From: a virus
Lineage: Duplodnaviria; Caudoviricetes
Direction: 5' to 3' (one strand)
DNA length: 64,000 nt
Virus record (IMG/VR): IMGVR_UViG_3300022661_001261
Location: 595-64,594 of that record
The notes under the pieces: generated by a model
Told to the model about the DNA's origin: nothing
Seen by the model: the letters and a program-made list of their open reading frames with translations, nothing else
Database searches by the model: none
In this document: positions 57,820-64,000 of the stretch, piece by piece
Layout of the letters: each line of letters opens with the position of its first letter
Position numbering within the stretch: the first letter of the stretch is position 1
Translations under genes and position numbers: made by a program

Positions 57820-58421
57820 TGGACGCGAAACGACACCACCAATATGTGTTGCAGGGCTACAAGAACAAATACAACGGCCTCTCGTTTGAGGAGATTATCA
57901 CAAACTCCTGCCACCACTACATAGCGAGAGAGGTCGCCGTGATAATCAAGACCCCGGAGCCTATGCGGCCGATAAGGGACCTCGGCGGAGGAAAATTCGT
58001 CGCCGTTTACGAAAAACACGCGCAGCCGGACTACAAGGGCGCGTTAATGGGTGGACGGGCGATAATGTTCGAGGCGAAGCACACCGACACAGAGGAACTG
58101 AAACAATCCGCCGTAACCGAGCCGCAGACGGTATCGCTGAATTATCACGAGAAGTTTGGCGCGGAGTGCTTTGTGTTAATATCGTTTGGCTTTCGACAGT
58201 TTTTCCGCGTCCCGTGGAAAGTCTTTAAGGCGATGAAAGAGGTTTACGGCCGGAAATATGTACGGCCGGCGGATTTGGCGCAATACAGAGTCCGTTTTGA
58301 CGGTATGGTGCTACATTTTTTAGAAAAGGAGGAGCGCGAGTATGCGAATATTTCAAAGGCAACGCAAAAAACAGGCGCAGGACAGAGCAAGAGAGATAAC
58401 GGAGGCGGTAAGGACTTATAA
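57819..58421 (+). CDS. recU: Holliday junction resolvase (RecU-like)
   Basis: GLSFEEII, IIKTPEP, QPDYKG, FEAKHT. Confidence 0.82.
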   Translation: MDAKRHHQYVLQGYKNKYNGLSFEEIITNSCHHYIAREVAVIIKTPEPMRPIRDLGGGKFVAVYEKHAQPDYKGALMGGRAIMFEAKHTDTEELKQSAVTEPQTVSLNYHEKFGAECFVLISFGFRQFFRVPWKVFKAMKEVYGRKYVRPADLAQYRVRFDGMVLHFLEKEEREYANISKATQKTGAGQSKRDNGGGKDL

Positions 58422-58599
58422 CGAGGCTCTCTCCGCTCTCGGAGAAGCGGCGGCAGTAATCGGCAGAGTCGCAAAAGAAAACGGAATGTCTACGGAGAAA
58501 ATCGAAACCTCCGTGGCAAAAATGCAGGAAATCGCCCGGACAGCCCAAATATGCCCGGAAGACTTAACGAGAGGAGGAAACCGCTGTGGGAAAAGATAA
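58342..58599 (+). CDS. Hypothetical protein
   Basis: ggagg RBS; overlaps neighbours. Confidence 0.45.
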   Translation: MRIFQRQRKKQAQDRAREITEAVRTYNEALSALGEAAAVIGRVAKENGMSTEKIETSVAKMQEIARTAQICPEDLTRGGNRCGKR

Positions 58600-59248
58600 A
58601 GGGACCGATATTCAATCAATTATCACGGCAGCTGTAAAGGCCGCCTACGAGGTAGCACACAAAGACCTCGAAACCAAATTACAGGAGGCAGTCAGCCTCG
58701 GAACGCAGATAGGAGCAGCTGTCGGCGCGGAGGTAGGCGCAAAGGCCGCTATAAAAGCGGTAGAGCGTGAGAAAAAGAAAGTCCGTGAGCAACAGTACGA
58801 CCGCCGATACCATAACACGAAACTCCTCTTACGAAACTACCGCCGACTCAACGAGTATTTCAAGAACGCTATTTTTGAGATAGAACAGGCGGAGGAATAC
58901 GACGAAACATTCATCGACATTATGGAGGTAATGACGGGCAGAGGCTACGACGACGACCTCTATGTGGAAAGCATTAAGCAATCGACTGTCCGCACCAAAA
59001 TCGTAATGACCCACGTAAACCGTATGCTCGACGTGTACGGAATTATGTGCGAGAGGTCAACGCGAGAGGACGACAAAAGGCACTACCGAATTCTCCGCGC
59101 CCTTTACCTCGATGAAACACCGACGACAGCACAGGCAATCGCCGACCGGGAACACATCGACAAAAGGACCGTTTATAAAGATATAGACGCAGCCACAGAC
59201 TGCTTGACTACTCTGTTCTACGGAATAAGCGGAATTGAGAAGTTATGA
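58586..59248 (+). CDS. Putative late transcriptional regulator (RinA/ArpU/sigma region 4-like C-terminal HTH)
   Basis: AQAIADREHIDKRTVYKDI HTH; last early gene before the late leader. Confidence 0.65.
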   Translation: MGKDKGTDIQSIITAAVKAAYEVAHKDLETKLQEAVSLGTQIGAAVGAEVGAKAAIKAVEREKKKVREQQYDRRYHNTKLLLRNYRRLNEYFKNAIFEIEQAEEYDETFIDIMEVMTGRGYDDDLYVESIKQSTVRTKIVMTHVNRMLDVYGIMCERSTREDDKRHYRILRALYLDETPTTAQAIADREHIDKRTVYKDIDAATDCLTTLFYGISGIEKL

Positions 59249-59282
59249 CCCACTTGCCCCCGATGAGGGCAAAAAGAGGGCA

Positions 59283-59405
59283 TTTACAAGGCTATATGAA
59301 GTGTGCTATAATGTATGGTGTAAAATTCCCCTTTAAGTTTTTCGGGAATTACACTTCTCCTAAAAAAGACCGCCCTTTCCGCGAGGTTTGGGCGGTTTAT
59401 TTTTT
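59283..59405 (+). promoter_or_regulatory. Putative late promoter followed by a leader hairpin and intrinsic terminator
   Basis: TTTACA-N18-TATAAT (extended TG) at 59283-59312; hairpin ~59318-59353; stem ACCGCCC/GGGCGGT 59369-59396 then ttatttttt. Confidence 0.55.
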
Positions 59406-59454
59406 GCCGAGAAAAGCCCCGTTTTGGGACATTCAAAAAAGGAGGTGCGTACCT

Positions 59455-60045
59455 ATGGATATACGCAAAATGAAAATCAGCGATTTGCGGCCGGCAGATT
59501 ACAATCCGAGGCAGGACTTACAGCCCGGCGACCCCGAATACGAAAAAATCGCTAATTCTATCGAAGAATTCGGGTATGTAGAGCCTGTCGTATGGAATGA
59601 ACAGACGGGCAACGTCGTAGGCGGACACCAACGCCTCAAAATCCTCGCAGCCAAAGGCTACGAAGAAATAGAGGTATCGGTGGTAAATATGAGCCTCCAC
59701 GACGAAAAGATACTGAACGTCGCACTCAACAAAATCGGCGGCCGTTGGGACACAGGAAAACTCACCGAAATCTTGCAGGAACTCAAAGAAATGGGCGAAA
59801 TGGAGATTACGGGCTTTGAGGAATGGGAGCTCGACGCGCTGAATATGCAGTACGACCACATCAGCGACCTTTTGGAGGAGGATTTTTCGGAATTCGCAAG
59901 TAAAGAGCCGAAAGACACCTTTACAATGACCTTTACCCTCCCGGAGGAGGAAAAGGAAACCGTACAGGCGTACATCGAAAACACCGAGAACGCCAAAATG
60001 GAAATCGCTACGGCGATTATCAACAGGGTCAAGGGGGTGTGTTAA
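59455..60045 (+). CDS. ParB/Srx-like N-terminal domain protein 1
   Basis: LRPADYNPR, SIEEFGYVEPVVWN, VGGHQRL, LNVALNKI; ggaggt RBS. Confidence 0.85.
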   Translation: MDIRKMKISDLRPADYNPRQDLQPGDPEYEKIANSIEEFGYVEPVVWNEQTGNVVGGHQRLKILAAKGYEEIEVSVVNMSLHDEKILNVALNKIGGRWDTGKLTEILQELKEMGEMEITGFEEWELDALNMQYDHISDLLEEDFSEFASKEPKDTFTMTFTLPEEEKETVQAYIENTENAKMEIATAIINRVKGVC

Positions 60046-60615
60046 GTGATTATCGAAAGAAAACGCATAGACGAATTAGAGCGGGCTAAATATAACCCGC
60101 GCGTCGAACTCCGCCCCGGCGACGATGAATACGAGAAGCTGCGCCACAGCATTCTCAAAAACGGTATGATACTCCCGGTCGTTTGGAACAAGAGGACGAA
60201 CACCGTAGTCGGAGGACATCAGCGACTCACGGTATTGGAGTATGAGGGCGAGGAATTCGTCGAGGTATCGGTCGTAGACCTTGACATCGTGCAGGAGAAG
60301 CAGCTGAATATCGCTCTGAATAAGACGGGAGGCCGTTGGGACGAAACGAAACTCGTTGCCCTGCTCGAAGAACTCGGCGACGACGCGACCGAAACAGGTT
60401 TTGACCTCGCAGAGATTGAAGCCCTGCAGAACGACATCGACAGCCTCGTAGACGGAGGATTTTTGGAAGACGAATTATCCTCCCTCGAAAAACTGTTCAA
60501 CCTCTCACTCACTTTTAACGCCGCAGACAGAGCGGACATCAATGCCTACATCAAGGACTACGGCAAAGAGGAACTCGTCAAGGTAATTATACAGAAAGTG
60601 AAAGGAGAGATTTAG
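60046..60615 (+). CDS. ParB/Srx-like N-terminal domain protein 2 (paralogue)
   Basis: YNPR, PVVWNKRT..VVGGHQRL, LNIALNK; GTG start. Confidence 0.85.
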   Translation: MIIERKRIDELERAKYNPRVELRPGDDEYEKLRHSILKNGMILPVVWNKRTNTVVGGHQRLTVLEYEGEEFVEVSVVDLDIVQEKQLNIALNKTGGRWDETKLVALLEELGDDATETGFDLAEIEALQNDIDSLVDGGFLEDELSSLEKLFNLSLTFNAADRADINAYIKDYGKEELVKVIIQKVKGEI

Positions 60616-60616
60616 T

Positions 60617-61636
60617 ATGGGCTGTATATGTGGAAGTCAAGCGATTTTGTGCAACCTCCCGATTAGGTTTGACACCTACAAGGGGTGTAGCCACGCTTGT
60701 CGTTATTGCTTCGCTCAAAAGAAGCAGGACATCGCAAAGTTAGGAAAAGGCGAAACGGCAGAGAGCCTCCGCAACTTTATTGAGGGCAAACGCACCGACA
60801 CGACAAATTGGTGCGATTGGAATATCCCGATACATTGGGGCGGAATGAGCGACCCGTTTCAGCCTATCGAAAAGAAGTACAGAGTTTCCTATGAGTGCCT
60901 CCAACTGTTAGCGGAAACTCAATACCCGTTTGTGGTAAGCACAAAAGGCCGCCTCGTAGGAGAGCCGGAGTACATCGAACTGCTTTCCAAGTGTAATTGC
61001 GTAGTGCAAGTATCAATGGTTTGCAGTAAGTACGACCAACTCGAAAGAGGTTGCCCGACATACGAGGAACGCCTCGACATCGTAAAGAGGCTCGCCCCGA
61101 AAGTGCAGAGGGTCGTCGTAAGAATTCAGCCGTATATGTTGGAGGTATTCGACGATGTGATGAAGAATATCCCCCGACTCGCAGAGGCAGGAGTCTACGG
61201 CGTAGTTGTAGAGGGTATGAAATTCTTTAAGGGAAAACCGGGAATGGTAAAAATCGGAGGCGACTACTGTTACCCGCTACCCGCTATCCGCAGGGATTTT
61301 GAGGCAATCCGAGCGGAGTGCCACCGCCACGGTATGAAATTCTATTCGGGAGAGAACAGACTCCGCGCAATGGGCGACGATATGTGCTGTTGCGGAATAG
61401 ACGGACTACCCGGCTTTAAGGGCAACGACTACAACCTATGTATGCTTATGAACGGCAAAAACCCTCAACCGACCGAGAATATGAAAAAGGTCGGGACCGG
61501 CGGTTGCTTCAAGGCGTTAAATCAGAGCGCGGGCAGCAGCCGAAAACTCGCCAAGCAGTCATTTTACGGGCTTATGCAGGAGGAACTCGCAACGAAGACC
61601 GAATATCACAAAAAGGTGTTCGGGGTTGACGAATAG
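60617..61636 (+). CDS. Radical SAM protein (spore photoproduct lyase-like family)
   Basis: DTYKGCSHACRYCFA (CxxxCxxC), GGMSDPFQP, STKG, RIQPY; C-terminal CCCG. Confidence 0.85.
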   Translation: MGCICGSQAILCNLPIRFDTYKGCSHACRYCFAQKKQDIAKLGKGETAESLRNFIEGKRTDTTNWCDWNIPIHWGGMSDPFQPIEKKYRVSYECLQLLAETQYPFVVSTKGRLVGEPEYIELLSKCNCVVQVSMVCSKYDQLERGCPTYEERLDIVKRLAPKVQRVVVRIQPYMLEVFDDVMKNIPRLAEAGVYGVVVEGMKFFKGKPGMVKIGGDYCYPLPAIRRDFEAIRAECHRHGMKFYSGENRLRAMGDDMCCCGIDGLPGFKGNDYNLCMLMNGKNPQPTENMKKVGTGGCFKALNQSAGSSRKLAKQSFYGLMQEELATKTEYHKKVFGVDE

Positions 61637-62471
61637 CCTCACGCCCGTACAGGAAATAAACGGACTGCTGATGAAGCGCGACGACCTCTACACTCCACTC
61701 GGACACGGAGAGGTCAACGGAGGAAAACTACGGCAATGTATGATGTTGACGGACAGCGTTTTAGCGTCCCAAGACGACGTGCGTTGCCTTTTTACCTATT
61801 GTAGCATACATTCACCCCAAGCACCGATAACGGCCGCCTCTGCCCTTGCTCACGGCTTACCCTGCTACATAGTGTACGGAGGAGCAAAGCCGGAGAACAT
61901 AAAAGCGTTGCCAATGCCGCGATTGGCGATGAAATACGGTGCTGAAATCATAATCGGCGCGAGGAGTGGAAGACACAGTATTCTACACGCAAAGACAAAG
62001 CCTCTCGCCGAAAAGAAACGCGGATTTATAGTGCAATACGGCATTAACCTCACGGACCACGGCGACGTCCTTTTGGACGCGGTATCGGCACAGGTACAGA
62101 ATATCCCCGACGAGATAGAAAACCTCGTAATGACTTGTGGGAGCGGAATTACCTCATCGGGCGTTATGATAGGCCTCCACCGATACGGCAAAAAGGTCAA
62201 GAATGTTCACCTTGTCGCAACGGCCCCGGACCGTCGGGCGTTTATACACGAAAACCTCAAAAAGTACGGAGCGGACCGTGAATTCCATTATCACAGTTTA
62301 TTCCATACGCCGGGATTTCAGTATGAGAAAGGCGCAAAGGCGGTATGGGGGGGTCTGAAACTTCACCCACATTACGAGGCGAAGACTATGCAATGGTTTT
62401 TGCAGAGCGGACTGCAACCCTCCGACACCCTCTTTTGGATTGTCGGCGCAGAGCCGTCCAATAAATCGTAA
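61626..62471 (+). CDS. PLP-dependent enzyme, ACC deaminase / D-cysteine desulfhydrase-like (fold type II)
   Basis: LMKRDDL...GGKLR (PLP Lys), TCGSGITSSG phosphate loop, YEAK; TTG start overlapping the rSAM stop. Confidence 0.75.
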   Translation: MTNSLTPVQEINGLLMKRDDLYTPLGHGEVNGGKLRQCMMLTDSVLASQDDVRCLFTYCSIHSPQAPITAASALAHGLPCYIVYGGAKPENIKALPMPRLAMKYGAEIIIGARSGRHSILHAKTKPLAEKKRGFIVQYGINLTDHGDVLLDAVSAQVQNIPDEIENLVMTCGSGITSSGVMIGLHRYGKKVKNVHLVATAPDRRAFIHENLKKYGADREFHYHSLFHTPGFQYEKGAKAVWGGLKLHPHYEAKTMQWFLQSGLQPSDTLFWIVGAEPSNKS

Positions 62472-62486
62472 AGGAGAGGAGGAAAA

Positions 62487-62984
62487 ATGCCAAATAATAC
62501 CAAAAGTAAGCCGTGGGAAAGACAATCGGGCGAAAGCGAAAAGGCGTTTGAGGCATTTTCCCTCTATCGAGATAAAGGGGCGGACCGCACCTTAATATCG
62601 GTTGCGGAGGAGTTGCAAAAGAGTTACACACTTATCCGCCGTTGGTGCGACCGTTGGGATTGGGAGGAACGGGTCAGAGATTACGACAACGAATTGGAGC
62701 GAGAGGCGAAGAAAAAAGCCCAAAAGGGACTGCGGGATATGTACTCCCGACAGACCAAAATCGCTATGCAAGTGCAGGAAAAAGCACTCCAAGCGTTGAA
62801 GCAACTTGACATCGAGGCGATGTCCCCGAAAGACATCAAGGAATATATCCGAATGGCGACGGAGTTGGAACGCCTCAACAGAACATTGAGCGCAGCCCCG
62901 GACGAAAGCGAGAAAGCCGGGAGCGGTAGTCTTGCAGACACCATTATCGCCGCCTACCAAAGACGAAAGGACGGTGAGGGATAA
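62487..62984 (+). CDS. terS: Terminase small subunit
   Basis: KPWERQSGESEKAFEAFSLYRD...RWCDRWDWEER N-terminal HTH type; TAATG overlap with terL. Confidence 0.82.
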   Translation: MPNNTKSKPWERQSGESEKAFEAFSLYRDKGADRTLISVAEELQKSYTLIRRWCDRWDWEERVRDYDNELEREAKKKAQKGLRDMYSRQTKIAMQVQEKALQALKQLDIEAMSPKDIKEYIRMATELERLNRTLSAAPDESEKAGSGSLADTIIAAYQRRKDGEG

Positions 62985-64000
62985 TGAGTTTGAGTCAAGA
63001 CGCTATTCTCTATTACTCGGAACACCCCGTCCACTTTGTAGAGGACCTTATCGGAGTTACGCCGGACGCAGAACAAGCAAAGATAATACAGAGCGTTGCC
63101 GACAACCCTATGACATCGGTGCGGTCGGGACACGGTATCGGAAAGAGCGCGGTCGAGGCCTGGGCGATAATATGGTTTATGGCTACCCGCCCATTCCCGA
63201 AAGTCGCTTGTACAGCTCCTACGCAACATCAGTTATTCGATATTCTTTGGGCGGAGGTCAGCAAATGGTTACGAAACGCCCCGCAGCTTGAAAAAGAGTT
63301 TGTGTGGACGAAAGAGAAAGTCTACCTCAAAGGCTACCCGGAGGAATGGTTTGCAGTAGCACGTACAGCGACAAAGCCGGACGCTCTGCAAGGCTTTCAC
63401 GCTGACAATATCCTGTATATCATCGACGAGGCGAGCGGCGTTAAAGACAACATATTCGAGCCTGTCCTCGGTGCATTGTCAACACCCGGAGCAAGACTCT
63501 TGATGTGCGGAAACCCGACGCAGCTGTCGGGCTTCTTTTATGAGAGTCATACGAAGAATAGAGCCTCCTACAAGACATTCCACGTTGACGGAAGAAAGAG
63601 CGGGCGCGTATCGCCCGAATTCGTCCAAACGATTATCCGAATGTACGGTGAGGACAGCGATGTTTTCCGCGTCCGTGTAGCAGGAGATTTCCCGCTATCC
63701 GAGTCTGATGTGTTTATCCCGATTTCTCTCGTAGAAAAGTCCATAATGACGGAGTTTTCTCCCCGAAAAACCCCGAATATGATACGGATTGGGTGCGACG
63801 TGGCTCGTTTCGGCGACGATAAGACGATTATCGGGTCGAGGGTCGATGAAAAAATCAACATCGACAAGAAACGCCACGGGCAGGACACAATGAAGACGGC
63901 AGACGACATCGTATTGCTTTACTACGACTTATTAAAACGACACCCCGACTACAAAGGCTATGTAACGGTCTGCGTGGACGACGGAGGCGTGGGCGGTGGC
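62710..64000 (+). repeat. Diverged direct repeat, copy 2
   Basis: Colinear with 1-1291 at offset 62709; about 90% identical. Confidence 0.95.
62984..64000 (+). CDS. terL: Terminase large subunit, second allele (runs off the window)
   Basis: ATG at 62984; MSLSQDAILYYSEHPVHF...; same motifs as 275-1684. Confidence 0.93.
   Translation, partial: MSLSQDAILYYSEHPVHFVEDLIGVTPDAEQAKIIQSVADNPMTSVRSGHGIGKSAVEAWAIIWFMATRPFPKVACTAPTQHQLFDILWAEVSKWLRNAPQLEKEFVWTKEKVYLKGYPEEWFAVARTATKPDALQGFHADNILYIIDEASGVKDNIFEPVLGALSTPGARLLMCGNPTQLSGFFYESHTKNRASYKTFHVDGRKSGRVSPEFVQTIIRMYGEDSDVFRVRVAGDFPLSESDVFIPISLVEKSIMTEFSPRKTPNMIRIGCDVARFGDDKTIIGSRVDEKINIDKKRHGQDTMKTADDIVLLYYDLLKRHPDYKGYVTVCVDDGGVGGG

Larger units (their letters stand above)
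1..64000. mobile_element. Temperate myovirus-like phage genome (~62.7 kb unit, PBSX/Xkd-type tail) carrying a DGR
   Basis: Complete ordered modules (packaging, head, sheath/tube/baseplate, lysis, serine integrase, CI/Cro, replication); terS-terL recurs at an offset of 62709 nt; no host housekeeping genes. Confidence 0.97.

Noticed and set aside
59245-59454. N-terminal extensions given by the ORF track (also for the integrase, repressor, 35233, 35769, 36557, 29810)
   Set aside because: They run through promoters or terminators; downstream ATGs have clear RBSs and begin at the conserved domain
59455-60615. ParABS partition system, or a Dnd/Ssp phosphorothioation cluster
   Set aside because: No ParA ATPase, no HTH in the ParB-like proteins, and no PAPS-reductase-like DndC or IscS-type desulfurase recognised
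62710-64000. Simple circularisation overlap or terminal redundancy
   Set aside because: Such overlaps should be essentially identical; the copies differ at about 8-10% of positions
1-64000. tRNA, rRNA, IS elements, introns or inteins
   Set aside because: None recognised; terL, capsid and replication genes look uninterrupted (tRNAscan/Infernal not run)

Overview
The whole window is one ~62.7 kb temperate, contractile-tailed (PBSX/Xkd-type structural genes) phage genome. The host is probably a Clostridia-type Bacillota (inferred from gene families, GGAGG RBSs and sigma-A promoters). No host genes are visible. Gene order: terS/terL, portal, head, sheath/tube/TMP, baseplate, tail fibre, a complete diversity-generating retroelement (VR in a 2047-aa tail protein, hairpin, avd, TR, RT), lysis, an accessory island (lipoprotein, antisense-RNA cassettes, a parS-like site), an intact attP-like site, a large serine integrase, a CI/Cro switch, recombination/replication genes (including a fused SbcD-SbcC), a DNA MTase-MetK-radical SAM cluster, a ParB-ParB-radical SAM-PLP enzyme cassette, then terS/terL again. 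The second terS/terL copy (62710-64000) is colinear with 1-1291 but only ~90% identical, so it is not a simple circularisation overlap. The best candidate for an undescribed system is the ParB/ParB/rSAM/PLP cassette, with the MetK/rSAM genes (putative DNA hypermodification). The best-supported special feature is the DGR (19 of 19 TR-VR mismatches at TR adenines). All family assignments are by motif recognition only; no database searches were run. Several starts were moved from the ORF track to the RBS-supported ATG.
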